Shown here piece by piece: positions 20,770-30,924 of a stretch of DNA of 64,000 bases (position 1 is its first letter; every line of letters begins with the position of its first letter). The DNA is from an uncultured Planctomycetota bacterium (GTDB lineage: Bacteria; Planctomycetota; Planctomycetia; Isosphaerales; Isosphaeraceae). The notes under the pieces were generated by a model. The model made no database searches, was not told the origin of the DNA, and saw only the letters and a list, made by a program, of their open reading frames with translations. The position numbers were made by a program, and so were the translations under genes. The stretch is from contig CAWGMQ010000007.1 of the NCBI GenBank assembly GCA_963823665.1, positions 480,001 to 544,000 on the forward strand, written 5' to 3'.

Positions 20770-21726
20770 ATGAACGATCAAGCCAAACCCATCTCCCGTC
20801 CCTGGCGACGATTCCTGCGCTTCAGCGTCCGGGGGATGATTGTCCTTGTGCTTGTAATCGGGATCGGGTTGGGCTGGCTGGTTCGAACGATCCGAAGTGC
20901 ACGAATCCAGCGTGACGCGGTGGCGACGATCACGAGAGCCCGAGGCCGCGTCGAATATGACTGGCAATGGAGCAACGGGGCATACCTTCGAGGACGTAAT
21001 CCTTGGGCGCCATGGTGGCTCGTGGATCTCATCGGAGTCGACTATTTCGGTCACGTCACCGAAGTCAGGCTGCCTCCGTCCTTGAATGCTACTGATGCAA
21101 CGCTCGCAGCGGTCGGGCGTCTCACCCGACTCGAACAACTGGTCCTTACCGGATCGTCAATTGACGACGCCGGGCTGGACCATCTGAAGGGGCTGAGCAA
21201 ACTCTCCTCCCTCAACCTCGGCTTCACGCAGGTCACCGATGCGGGGGCGGCGCATCTGAAAGGGCTGGCCAACCTGTCGCAACTCTGGCTCAACGGCAAC
21301 GAGATCACCGATGCAGGACTGGCGCATCTGAAGGAGTTGAAAAACCTGAAAGACCTCTACCTCAACAACGCGCCCATCACCGACGCTGGGCTGGCGCATC
21401 TGACGGGACTCAGCAATTTGTCCGAACTCGGCCTTTACCGCACGCACCTCACCGACGCCGGGCTGGCTCATCTAACGGGTCTAACTAACCTTTCGATACT
21501 CGACCTCAACCGCACGCGGGTAAGCGATGCCGGACTGGCGCATCTGAAGGGCCTGACCAAGCTCAATACGCTTCGCCTCGACGGCACTCACGTGACCGAT
21601 GCCGGGCTGGAGAATCTGACCGGCCTGACGAGCCTCTCGGAACTGAATCTCGCAGACACTCGGGTGACCGAAACTGGAATGATGGACTTGAAGCAGGCTC
21701 TTCCGAGGCTGAGGATTGACCATTGA
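20770..21726 (+). CDS. Planctomycete leucine-rich repeat protein
   Basis: RFSVRGMI N-terminus; about eight 24-aa LxLxxTx(V/I)TDAGLxHLxGLxxL repeats. Confidence 0.92.
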   Translation: MNDQAKPISRPWRRFLRFSVRGMIVLVLVIGIGLGWLVRTIRSARIQRDAVATITRARGRVEYDWQWSNGAYLRGRNPWAPWWLVDLIGVDYFGHVTEVRLPPSLNATDATLAAVGRLTRLEQLVLTGSSIDDAGLDHLKGLSKLSSLNLGFTQVTDAGAAHLKGLANLSQLWLNGNEITDAGLAHLKELKNLKDLYLNNAPITDAGLAHLTGLSNLSELGLYRTHLTDAGLAHLTGLTNLSILDLNRTRVSDAGLAHLKGLTKLNTLRLDGTHVTDAGLENLTGLTSLSELNLADTRVTETGMMDLKQALPRLRIDH

Positions 21727-21822
21727 TTTCATGCCCATCCAACCGGCCTAGAATCCTCCCTGTCGCAACACCAGGGGGCGGGTGGAATCCAGAGCGCTCG
21801 ATTGATGTCTCCGGAGCGCCTC

Positions 21823-22194
21823 ATGCCGCGTGTTCGGTTGCATACTTGGATGATCATGGTCGTCAGCGCGGTGGTCGCCGTGTTGATGATCCTCGTGCGG
21901 ATCATGGTCTCCGTCGATCCCCGGCGGTTGGACGCTGCAGTCGACTTGGCGATCGGGATCGTTTTGTTCTCGATCGTGTATTTCACACCTTTCATTGGCT
22001 TGACGATTGCGCTCCGGTCGTCCACCGGGAGACCTGGAGTGGCCGCTCCCGTCGGCAACCGAGAGAAGACGCATGTCGTCAAGATGCGCCAACCGAATGA
22101 AAACCTGGCCCCCCATGCGTGTCTTCCCCTGGCCTTCTTTGGTAAACTGGAACGGCTGGTCGAGAAACGAGAATCTTCGGGCGATCCGAGCTGA
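21823..22194 (+). CDS. Small membrane protein
   Basis: MPRVRLHTWMIM N-terminus; two TM helices. Confidence 0.6.
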   Translation: MPRVRLHTWMIMVVSAVVAVLMILVRIMVSVDPRRLDAAVDLAIGIVLFSIVYFTPFIGLTIALRSSTGRPGVAAPVGNREKTHVVKMRQPNENLAPHACLPLAFFGKLERLVEKRESSGDPS

Positions 22195-22202
22195 GCCGCA
22201 CC

Positions 22203-23060
22203 ATGCGACGGCCGCGTCTCCGATTCACCATTGGTTCCCTGATGATCGGGACGGCAGTCTTGGGCGTCCTGTTCTGGGTCATCTTCGGCCTCTTGCGGGA
22301 TGGAAGGGAGTGGTTCAGAAACTTTCCCGTAACTCTGGTCTTCACCGAAGGGCGCGGCAAGGACCAGAAGTCACGGATGATCCTCGAGAAGCTCGAGGAG
22401 CCCGTCGCCATGTCCTTTGCGGAAGAAACTCCGCTCGAAGACCTTCTCAAATACGTCCATCAGGTGACCACGAGTCGCACGAATCAGGGCATCCCAATTT
22501 ACGTCGATCCCATCGGCCTGCAAGAAGCGGAGAAGTCGATGACCTCGACCGTGCGCAACATGGAACTCGACGGCGTGCCGCTGCGCCGGACCTTGCAACT
22601 GCTGTTGAAGCAGCTCGACCTGGCCTACTTTGTCGAGGACGGGGTCCTTTGCATCACTTCGCTAAAGTCGATGGGCCGTTTCGACCCGACAATGCATGAA
22701 CCATCGCCGACCATGGAAAGGGTCAAGAAGGCAGAACGAGGGGAACTCTCGCCTACCGAGATGAAAGACCTTATCGAGCTTCTCAAATCACAGGCGGAAG
22801 CCAGAAGGCTGGCCGTGGCCGCGGCAGAGGAACCCTTCGACCCAAGCGTGGGGGCCGACGCCCTCGTTTCGCCAGGCGCCGCGCGGGCGGAAAAGCCGCC
22901 GGAACGCAATCCGTCCGGTGAAAAGATAGAGCCCGAAGTGGCAAGGCCCGATCGCGAACAGATGAGCCTCCTCCTGAGTGAACTGCGGGAACTGATCAAG
23001 GTTTTGAGGTCCAAAGAGCAGCCGAAGAACGCGCCCGGCGAGAAGGAGCCGGTTCGTTAA
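22203..23060 (+). CDS. Membrane-anchored protein with secretin/TonB N-terminal (STN)-like domain
   Basis: RFTIGSLM N-terminus; FAEETPLEDLL...GVPLRRTLQLLLKQLDLAYFVEDGVLCIT. Confidence 0.78.
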   Translation: MRRPRLRFTIGSLMIGTAVLGVLFWVIFGLLRDGREWFRNFPVTLVFTEGRGKDQKSRMILEKLEEPVAMSFAEETPLEDLLKYVHQVTTSRTNQGIPIYVDPIGLQEAEKSMTSTVRNMELDGVPLRRTLQLLLKQLDLAYFVEDGVLCITSLKSMGRFDPTMHEPSPTMERVKKAERGELSPTEMKDLIELLKSQAEARRLAVAAAEEPFDPSVGADALVSPGAARAEKPPERNPSGEKIEPEVARPDREQMSLLLSELRELIKVLRSKEQPKNAPGEKEPVR

Positions 23061-23206
23061 CGACTCGCGCCCGCCGGTTGGATCACAACCCGTTTGCTCC
23101 ATCGCGCAACCACGAAGCGCCAAGAGACACCGAGCGTGAGAGTTGCACTCCGGCCTGACTGGTGGTCGAGCTGACCTGGTCTTCGGGCCGAGGATTAGAG
23201 AACGAC

Positions 23207-23749
23207 TCAAACTAACCACGTGATGGCTAACCACGCGACGGCTAACCACGCGAGCAGCGTCGGGATGAATCCGGTAACAGGGAGGATCACCGAGCGCTTT
23301 CGGCCGCGGTATGCGACTTTCACGCCAGCAGCACCCACAACTGTTCCGGCTATCAGTATTTCGAAAAACATCGACGAAGGAAGGATTGCCGTGCGCTGTT
23401 TCACCACGCGGTGTCCCCATGCATCTATTGCTTCAACGGCATATCTGTCGATGTCGTAAAGGCCCTGATATCCAAAACGTTCGCCCTTGCCCCAGGTCGC
23501 GAGAAGGAAGATCGCGCCCCAACCGATCAGATAAGCGATAACACCGCATGACCCAGCGATGGATCTGCGGTACTTGCGTACCCAAGAAACAAATATGCCT
23601 GCCTCGTTCTCGAGCCAGGACAGTGGTCGCTCCGACAGGGATGTCTGGGAGTTGTCCAGTTGAGCGTCAGGCCTTTTGTGAGCAAGCCGCATCGCTAACT
23701 CCTCGGACCGAAAAGCCTCCGTGGTTAGGTTCCCCTTATCGTCCATCAT
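23207..23749 (-). CDS. Hypothetical membrane protein
   Basis: 180 aa with three hydrophobic segments. Confidence 0.5.
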   Translation of the reverse strand: MMDDKGNLTTEAFRSEELAMRLAHKRPDAQLDNSQTSLSERPLSWLENEAGIFVSWVRKYRRSIAGSCGVIAYLIGWGAIFLLATWGKGERFGYQGLYDIDRYAVEAIDAWGHRVVKQRTAILPSSMFFEILIAGTVVGAAGVKVAYRGRKRSVILPVTGFIPTLLAWLAVAWLAITWLV

Positions 23750-23846
23750 CGGGCCCGTCGGTTCAAGCGGGGAGTTGAGGGCTCAAAAGTGACGGAGCGA
23801 GTCCGGCGAATCGATTTGTCGATAACCTTGATATGTCAGCCGAGTA

Positions 23847-24140
23847 GTGGCGGCCTCCGTCCTGGCTCACCCGAACCCGGTGGCCGGGCCGAAGCGCCGG
23901 CCGTTGTACGGGCCGATCTCTTGGAGTTGGTGGCTCCCGGCCTCTCGGCTCCCGGGGAAGATCCTCCAAGTCGGGGCCGTCTGTTGGCTCTTGGCGGGTT
24001 GGAATCGATCGGCGGAGTTCGAGCTGGCGTTGCATGATCGGGCCGAGTTCGGCTTCTCTCGGTTCTCGGCCTCCCGTCGCCTTGATACACTAGAGCGGGC
24101 CGGATTGGTCGTACCGTCCGACGGCAGGGCCGATGTCTGA
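23847..24140 (+). CDS. Small winged-HTH-like protein, most complete copy of the repeated module gene
   Basis: GPISWSWWLPASRLPGK...FGFSRFSASRRLDTLERAGLV; decayed copies near 15740, 16450 and 18340. Confidence 0.65.
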   Translation: MAASVLAHPNPVAGPKRRPLYGPISWSWWLPASRLPGKILQVGAVCWLLAGWNRSAEFELALHDRAEFGFSRFSASRRLDTLERAGLVVPSDGRADV

Positions 24141-24193
24141 TCGTGACGATTCTGGAAGTTACGGTAGGAATCGGTTGAACGGGGTGTCCGACG

Positions 24194-24394
24194 ATGCCAC
24201 GTATTCGCTTCCGAATCCAGACGGCAATGGCTGTGATCGCCGAATCTGGTGTACTCATGGGCCTTGTAGTATGGGCGTTTCGCGATGACCCCGGCGTAAT
24301 GACCCCCATTTTGATCTTCTTCCTTGCCGTTAGCACACACGTAGTGGTTCGTCTCCGCCGGTCGACACGACAGCGGAGGGACTTGATCGCCTGA
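24194..24394 (+). CDS. Small membrane protein (module cargo)
   Basis: MPRIRFRIQTAM N-terminus; two TM helices. Confidence 0.62.
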   Translation: MPRIRFRIQTAMAVIAESGVLMGLVVWAFRDDPGVMTPILIFFLAVSTHVVVRLRRSTRQRRDLIA

Positions 24395-24449
24395 TTGCGC
24401 GTGTGAGCGCCAGCGCGAAGCAGGGAGCCCTGGAGACTGTAGGTCAAAA

Positions 24450-24842
24450 ACGGGATGGAAAACCATCAACGGACGCCGCTATTACCACAAGTCGAAGCGT
24501 GAGGGAGCCCGAGTCAAAACCACCTACTTTGGGGCGGGAGAGTCGGGCCTGTTGATTTCGCTCTCGGATCGGGAGGATCGGGCCGAGCGAGAGGCCGAGC
24601 CGGTAAAACGTCGGGACGAGCGGGAAGAAATCGAGTCGGAGGATTCGGCCGTGGCGGAATGGTTCGACGACGTCCGGGCTCGTAGCCGCATGGCGACCGC
24701 CAGGACGGGCGACGCTCTAGCCGACTCGCGCACGCGGCCCCGTCTCCGGTCCGTCGCGTCGCCGTCGACACCTCATGGGCCGTTCAGCCCGACGCCGGAC
24801 CGACTCGAGCAGGATAGTTACCCATATCAGCCTTTCATTTGA
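24450..24842 (+). pseudogene. 'GWKTINGRRYY' hypothetical protein; start codon reads ACG
   Basis: Open frame GWKTINGRRYYHKSKREGARVKTTYFGAGESG...; the copy at 16974 has ATG at the same position. Confidence 0.62.
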
Positions 24843-25068
24843 GTCTTCGCGCCTTTGCATGAGCCTCTCTCTACTTGTTATCACTCACTCCAAACACAAA
24901 TCGCACTGAGTTCATCTCTCCCTTGGCGGCTTCACGTCTTTGCGTGAACCACTCGTGAACGTGGCCGGGAGCCAATCTTGAGCGAACAACAGACCGGTCT
25001 AACCGAGCCTTGCCCACAAACCTCCCCACAAACCCAAGGTCGGGGGTCTGCCCACAAAGCCGCGGGGA

Positions 25069-25356
25069 TCACCTCGGCTCCGGCGGGTCGGGTGCGACGG
25101 GTAGCCAGGGATAGCGGGCGGCGTGCTCGTACTTGCGGGCCATCGATTGGTGCCATTCAAAAAGACGCCAGACCTTGTCTTCCATCCCGATTGGCTTTAT
25201 CCGGGGCATAATCGGAACGTCGGCCCGATGATGCACCGCAATCCACCGAAAGCGCTCATGCCGCTCAATCGTGATCCCCAGCCCGCTGCCGATGATCGCC
25301 ACGGCGACCATCAGCCGCCACACGGTGAACCGGGGAGTGAGGCGAGATAGGTGCAT
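25069..25356 (-). CDS. Small planctomycete protein (RFTV N-terminus, RYPWLPVAPDPPEP tail)
   Basis: PRFTVWRLMVAVA signal-like start and KYEHAARYPWLPVAPDPPEP C-terminus. Confidence 0.72.
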   Translation of the reverse strand: MHLSRLTPRFTVWRLMVAVAIIGSGLGITIERHERFRWIAVHHRADVPIMPRIKPIGMEDKVWRLFEWHQSMARKYEHAARYPWLPVAPDPPEPR

Positions 25357-25687
25357 GTAGTCGTAGTGCTCCCGCACCCCACTCTACCCGGTCGATCCAG
25401 GATTCGCATCGGAATTGGCGTCGCATCACGAGTTGCGCAGCAAAAAGCTGAGCTGAAGCCGAAGGTCGTGAAAAAGAAGTAGAGAACTCGGAGTTCACGC
25501 CGCCTCGGTCATCTCGCCATCTCGCCAATCGTCAGCCACGACGAAGCCGCAATCAGTGTCAGCGCACAGATCGTCCTCGGCGGTCAGACGCACCCTGCCG
25601 TCAAACAGTGCGATCACAAGCTTGGTGTAGGCGAGGTGACCGCTCATAGCATTCGCCGCGCGGTTTACCCGTCGCTGAGTCTACCGC

Positions 25688-25933
25688 TCATTCGATTTCT
25701 TTGGGCGTTCTTGCTGTTTTTGGGTCCAAGTGCAGGTGGCGGATTTTTTTCTTGGACGCCCATTCGTCGCCCTTCATGAGATTTAACCACCGCGCACGCT
25801 CCGCCTCGGCCGTCCGCTCATTGCGCCGCATGATCGAAATCGTCTGAACAACGGCGTAAGCAACCACCGCTGCGATTACCACGATCACCAGCGCTCGCCC
25901 GAGCGTGATCTGCCGTCGTCGTGGATTCGTCAT
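25688..25933 (-). CDS. Small membrane-anchored protein
   Basis: RQITLGRAL followed by a TM helix. Confidence 0.55.
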   Translation of the reverse strand: MTNPRRRQITLGRALVIVVIAAVVAYAVVQTISIMRRNERTAEAERARWLNLMKGDEWASKKKIRHLHLDPKTARTPKEIE

Positions 25934-26042
25934 AGAACGAAACTCTCATCGCTGATGGCACTTCGCCTTCGATCGAGCGAGATCGTCTCACACAATCGCA
26001 CCTCTTTTCAAGTCGCGCAAACTCCATCTACGGATTCCCCCG

Positions 26043-26073
26043 TTGACATCTACGGAGGAATCCGTAGTATAGA
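26043..26073 (+). promoter_or_regulatory. Promoter with putative BlaI operator palindrome
   Basis: TTGACA at 26043 followed by CTACGGA-GGAA-TCCGTAG (26050-26067); an extra ATCTACGGA half-site at 26026. Confidence 0.7.
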
Positions 26074-26114
26074 GTCGTGTGGCACGTGATTCCCGTTTCC
26101 GAAGGTGGTTGATA

Positions 26115-26510
26115 ATGGCGAGGCGACCGCAAGAAACTCCAACCGAAGCCGAACTGGAGATTCTCAAAGTTCTCTGGGAACGTGGTCCCAGTACCGGACG
26201 GGATGTAATGGATGTCCTGGTCGCAGAGCGGAAACGTGCCTACACGTCGGTCATGAGCGTACTCAACATCATGGCGAACAAAGGGCACGTGACCAGAAAG
26301 CCGCATGGACGTGCATTCATCTACTCCGCCAAACGGCCGCGTGAAAAAACACTGGGCAAGATGGTCAATAGTCTTCTGGGGCGTGCCTTCGAAGGGTCCG
26401 CTGCATCCCTGGTGTCTCAGTTGCTCGACCAGTCTAAGCCGGCACCCGAAGAGCTCGACAAGATTCGGAAAGTCATCGAAGAATATGAAGCCAGGAGTAA
26501 CGGCCAATGA
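26115..26510 (+). CDS. BlaI/MecI/CopY family repressor
   Basis: TEAELEILKVLWERG, AYTSVMSVL and FEGSAASLV motifs. Confidence 0.93.
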   Translation: MARRPQETPTEAELEILKVLWERGPSTGRDVMDVLVAERKRAYTSVMSVLNIMANKGHVTRKPHGRAFIYSAKRPREKTLGKMVNSLLGRAFEGSAASLVSQLLDQSKPAPEELDKIRKVIEEYEARSNGQ

Positions 26511-28588
26511 ATCCGTTCTCGATGAACTTCGTGGCAGAGTTTGCCGAGCTTCTGACGTCGGTGCTGATTCACTTCCTTTGGCAGGGAGCTCTCCTTGCGC
26601 TCATTCTGCTCGTCACAGTGAAGCTTCTCGACGTGAGGTCAGTGCGCCTTAGATACCTCCTTTCAGTGGGCACGCTGCTGCTGATGGGAATGGCTCCAAT
26701 CGTCACGGCGATGTTGCACCGTCAGGGCAGCTCGCAACCACAACATCTCCCTGTCGCGAGGTCAGCTCAATCAAGTCCGATCATCGAGGAACACACCGCC
26801 ATCAATACGGCTGGTCGCATTGTAGCTGACGTGCAAAAAGGGCTGGCCGCTCCGTGGAATCTCACCATCGAAGTCTATGTCCTCTTTGCATGGCTCGTAG
26901 GAGTCTCGATTCTCAGCACACGGTTGGCGATTGGATTCGGTGTCACCGTGTGGAGCCGGGTGAATCTAAAGCCTCTTTCTGATGAATTCGAGCAGCGAGT
27001 TCGAATGCTCGGTGACAGACTGAGTGTGGATGCACGACAACGTGTTTTCGCATGTGTGAGAGTGGGTCAAGCGGTGGCCGTCGGATTCATTCGCCCGGTC
27101 GTCTTGATTCCAGCGTCCTGGCTGACCCAACTAACTCCGCAAATGATCGAAGCAATCATCGCCCACGAACTCGCTCATATCCGCAGACGGGATTTATGGG
27201 TCAATCTCCTGCAGCGCATTATCGAGACGCTCTTGTTCTACCACCCCGCAGTCTGGTGGCTCTCGAGTCGAATCCGTCTCGAGCGTGAGATGTGTTGCGA
27301 CGAGATTGCAGCCGGGTGTTTCGACCGGGTGTTGTATGCCCGGTCTTTGGAATCCGTTGCCAAGATCGGGCAGGGAAACCTGGTCATGGCGACCTTGATC
27401 AGTGGCGGACACAAAATGAAACTGTTGAATCGAATCCGGTATTTACTTGGGCGTGCACCTGCCGATGCAGCCGGCAACTGGTGGGCAGTTGGATTTGTGG
27501 CCCTGATCCTGCCCTTTGCAGCAGCGGTTGCGTTTTCATTATCAGCACTGGCCAGACCCGCCGTCACAACGGCCGGTAACGATTCTGCCAGGCCAAAGGC
27601 CATTGAAAAGATCGTGGTCAAGAGCGTTGAGGCAAAGGCCGTCACGGTCACCGAGCAATATGTCTGCCAGATCCAATCGGCGCGGCACATCAATGTCCGT
27701 TCGCAGGGGACCGGTTATTTGAAGGCCATCTCGATCAAGGAAGGCCAGACGGTGAAAGAGGGCGAGCTGATGTTCGAGATCGTGCCGGCTCTTTACAAGG
27801 CAAGGTTGGAAGGCGCGATGGCCGAGAAAGACCTCGCACAACTGGAGTTAAATAACACCCGGAGGATAGCCGAGAAACGAGGTGTCTCTCAGACGGAGGT
27901 GAAACTGTTCGAGGCCAAACTCGCAAAGGCCCAGGCCAACGCGGATCTGGCGGCAGCCGAACTGAACTTTACGAAGGTCAGACGCGCCTTCGACGGCATC
28001 GTCGACCGCCTGCAAGACGTGGGCAGCCTGGTCAAGGAGGGTGAGACTCTCGCGACCTTGTCCGATAACAGCCAGGTGCGGGTTTATTTCAACGTCCCCG
28101 AAACGCGTTACCTCGAATACATGACCGACCTGAGCGAGCGTAAGGAGAATCCAAAGATCGAGCTCATTCTGGCGAACGGCAAGAAGTTCGGCGAGGTCGG
28201 CAAGTTCGGTGCGATGAAGGCCGACTTCAACAACGAGACTGGCACGATCTCCTTCCGCGCCGACTTTCCGAATCCCGACCGCCTGCTGCGTCACGGTCAG
28301 AGAGGCACCGTGCTGATCAGTCGTGTGCTGAATAACGCCATCGTCATCCCTCAACGTGCGACCTTCGAAGTTGGCAGCGGGCGGTACGTTTTCGTCGTCG
28401 CCGAAGACGACGTGGCGCATCTGCGCGAGATCGTGATCCAGAATGAAGTGGAAGACCTCTTCGTCATCAAGAAGGGCATTGGCGTTGGCGACAAGATCAT
28501 TGTCGAGGGGATCAGACAGGTTCGCGTCGGTGAAAAGGTGGAATACATCGAACGCCAACCGAACAAAGTTGATGCAATCCTGCAATAA
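26507..28588 (+). CDS. BlaR1/M56 peptidase fused to an RND efflux periplasmic adaptor (MFP) domain
   Basis: HFLWQG, IIAHELAH, FYHPAVWW and EMCCD, then a lipoyl/hairpin MFP pattern (GQTVKEGELMF, FDGIV, ETGTISFRADFPNPD, IPQRA). Confidence 0.88.
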   Translation: MNPFSMNFVAEFAELLTSVLIHFLWQGALLALILLVTVKLLDVRSVRLRYLLSVGTLLLMGMAPIVTAMLHRQGSSQPQHLPVARSAQSSPIIEEHTAINTAGRIVADVQKGLAAPWNLTIEVYVLFAWLVGVSILSTRLAIGFGVTVWSRVNLKPLSDEFEQRVRMLGDRLSVDARQRVFACVRVGQAVAVGFIRPVVLIPASWLTQLTPQMIEAIIAHELAHIRRRDLWVNLLQRIIETLLFYHPAVWWLSSRIRLEREMCCDEIAAGCFDRVLYARSLESVAKIGQGNLVMATLISGGHKMKLLNRIRYLLGRAPADAAGNWWAVGFVALILPFAAAVAFSLSALARPAVTTAGNDSARPKAIEKIVVKSVEAKAVTVTEQYVCQIQSARHINVRSQGTGYLKAISIKEGQTVKEGELMFEIVPALYKARLEGAMAEKDLAQLELNNTRRIAEKRGVSQTEVKLFEAKLAKAQANADLAAAELNFTKVRRAFDGIVDRLQDVGSLVKEGETLATLSDNSQVRVYFNVPETRYLEYMTDLSERKENPKIELILANGKKFGEVGKFGAMKADFNNETGTISFRADFPNPDRLLRHGQRGTVLISRVLNNAIVIPQRATFEVGSGRYVFVVAEDDVAHLREIVIQNEVEDLFVIKKGIGVGDKIIVEGIRQVRVGEKVEYIERQPNKVDAILQ

Positions 28589-28626
28589 CAGGCGGATCCG
28601 ACTCGCTTCGGCCGCGTCCGAAAACA

Positions 28627-28680
28627 TTGTCGGCCTTCGCTCCGCGAAGGCACATTCCCTCGCGGAGCGAGGGCCGACAC
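28627..28680. repeat. REP-like palindrome / possible terminator
   Basis: TGTCGGCCTTCGCTCCGCGA...TCGCGGAGCGAGGGCCGACA inverted repeat, related to 7697-7718. Confidence 0.7.
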
Positions 28681-29059
28681 TTCGCGAGCGTTGATGGCAT
28701 CATCCCGCCAACACCCTACCTGCGGCGCGGTGCATTTCAATCGGCTGGTGCATGATCGCCGTCGCGATCATTGGGTATTTCTGTGCATTCCCCGAACTGG
28801 CCCCGGGTACAACTAACCATCGGAAGTCCCGACTGCCGGCGCAGTGACCGGCGGACTGCGCCAGCGTATACAGACGCCCTGAGGTCGTGTTATGGGAACG
28901 CCTCGCAAACTTCACTGCCCCAAGCTCATCTGAAGGGTTTTCCAACGCCCGCATGTTAAACTAGATCAATTGCTTTGGTCGGGGCATTCCCTGGGCGTTG
29001 GCCCCGCGACATCGATGGTTTACCCCGTCCCTTTGCGACGGGCATAGAGGGGGCGGACG

Positions 29060-30658
29060 GTGAAGATCACCTCTCGCAACGCGGCTTCGTTCGTTGTGCT
29101 CGTACTCATGGGCATGCTGACCTTTGGCCGGGCAGCGTCGAGCGAACGCGGCCGCCTTCCTCAGGGCGGTCAGCATGCGGCGGAGAAAGCTAATCTTACT
29201 CCGTACATCGCCGGGTCCCTTAACTGCAGAGGTTGCCACGAGCATCCCGAAAACTTCCCGAACCAGCAACTCATCTGCAGGATGACCGAGTACCCCGTCT
29301 GGAGCAATCGAGACCGCCATCAGATTGCCTACGAGGTCTTGGTCAAACCCGACGGCCGCGGCCAGGAGATTGCCAAGCGACTGAAAATCGACCTCGACGC
29401 TCGAGACAACGCGTGCGTGCGATGCCATGGCATCTCCGTCCCCGAGGGTGTCGAGCCATTCCAGTTCGCCGCGGAACGGGACGGTGTGACATGTGTGGCC
29501 TGCCACGGAGCGTACCAGGAATGGATCCTGGAACACCAAAACCCGAACAACAAGAAATGGCGCGACCTGTCGCGTGCCCAGAAGGAACGTCTCAAGGGAA
29601 TGCGCGACCTCTGGGATCCAAAAACCCGCGTCGAGACCTGCTTATCATGCCACGTCGGCAATCCCGCCGAACGGAAGATCCTCACCCACGACATGTACGC
29701 CGCCGGCCACCCGCCTCTTCCGAGCATCGAAGTGGCCACGTTCAGCGACCAACAGCCTCGACATTGGCAGATCTTGCGTGAGAAGGACAAGTCGATCAGG
29801 GACCGCCTCAGCTTCAAGGAAGGCCGGCTGGAGCAGGCGGAGCTGGTCGCGGTCGGAAGCTTGGTTGCACTGAGGAGGAGCCTCGAGTTACTGACGAGTC
29901 GGCCCGAAGGCAATGCCGCACCTCCGCCCATCCTCGATTTTGCTCGGTATGATTGCACCGCGTGCCACCACGACCTCGTGCGATCGGACGGTTCGTCGCG
30001 CCAGGTGCGCGGCCTAGGCAGCACGCCCGGACGACCCCTTCCCCCGATCTGGCCACAGGCGCTCGTGCGCGTCGGGCTCGAGGCGGCAGACCCAGCGCGT
30101 GCCGATGGCTGGTTCAAAGAGCTGCAGGGTAAGCTGCGCAACTTCGAGGCGGCGATGACCGAGAGGCCTTTCGGCAACGTCGAAAAAGCAGGCTCCATCG
30201 CGTGCGACATCATTTGCTGGCTCGACGAGCCGTTGGAGTTGCTCGACCAGATGGTCCAGAACCAATCCGGAAAGAGCGGTCGTATCGTGGACCAGGACAC
30301 CGTCCTGAAGATGCTTCACGCCCTCGGTGATCGTGCGGCCAAGCAAACGCCGGACTACGAATCAGCGCGACAGATGGCCTGGGCGTTCCGCACGATCTAC
30401 ATCGAGTGGTCCCGTAAAACCAATAAACCCGACAAGGAAATTCTGGATGTCCTGAATGGACTCGATCAGAGATTGGTACTCAATCTCGGCCCCGATCCTC
30501 TCGGTCAGAGGACTCCGATCATCGATTCTCTGAGCGCGCGTTTGAAAGCGGCGGGCGACTACAAACCCGCTGAATTCGCCCAGGACTTTCAAACGCTCAT
30601 CTCCAGGTTGCCCAAGGGCCCGCAAGTCCCAGCGCAAAAACCTTCTGGCGCCGACTGA
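29060..30658 (+). CDS. Multiheme c-type cytochrome (c554-like, five CxxCH)
   Basis: Signal peptide; CRGCH, CVRCH, CVACH, CLSCH, CTACH; MYAAGHP motif. Confidence 0.9.
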   Translation: MKITSRNAASFVVLVLMGMLTFGRAASSERGRLPQGGQHAAEKANLTPYIAGSLNCRGCHEHPENFPNQQLICRMTEYPVWSNRDRHQIAYEVLVKPDGRGQEIAKRLKIDLDARDNACVRCHGISVPEGVEPFQFAAERDGVTCVACHGAYQEWILEHQNPNNKKWRDLSRAQKERLKGMRDLWDPKTRVETCLSCHVGNPAERKILTHDMYAAGHPPLPSIEVATFSDQQPRHWQILREKDKSIRDRLSFKEGRLEQAELVAVGSLVALRRSLELLTSRPEGNAAPPPILDFARYDCTACHHDLVRSDGSSRQVRGLGSTPGRPLPPIWPQALVRVGLEAADPARADGWFKELQGKLRNFEAAMTERPFGNVEKAGSIACDIICWLDEPLELLDQMVQNQSGKSGRIVDQDTVLKMLHALGDRAAKQTPDYESARQMAWAFRTIYIEWSRKTNKPDKEILDVLNGLDQRLVLNLGPDPLGQRTPIIDSLSARLKAAGDYKPAEFAQDFQTLISRLPKGPQVPAQKPSGAD

Positions 30659-30924
30659 GCTGATTCAGGTTTCTCAGGATCAGAGAGTAGGGCCTGGCGG
30701 AAACTCACCGACATCGCCGCGCGATGCAAACCGTGTCGTGCGCCCCGTGGCTCCCGTCAGATCGAACTTGCGCTTGCGTGGATGGACGATTTGCCAGTAA
30801 AATGCGTCACAATCGGGGTGTCAGCCAAATCGATTGCAGACGAGTCCGGGTTTCGACCAATTCCGTTCGGGCCGATCGATCCACATTCACCTCGGCCGCA
30901 GCCAAGCACGGGGAGCCTTGGCCA

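Noticed and set aside
21140..21680. 72-bp periodic DNA repeats (also 15-bp periodicity at 11850-12180)
   Set aside because: Explained by LRR and pentapeptide protein repeats.
15640..24870. Integron cassette array
   Set aside because: No integron integrase and no convincing attC (RYYYAAC...GTTRRRY) palindromes; the repeats are decayed coding sequence.
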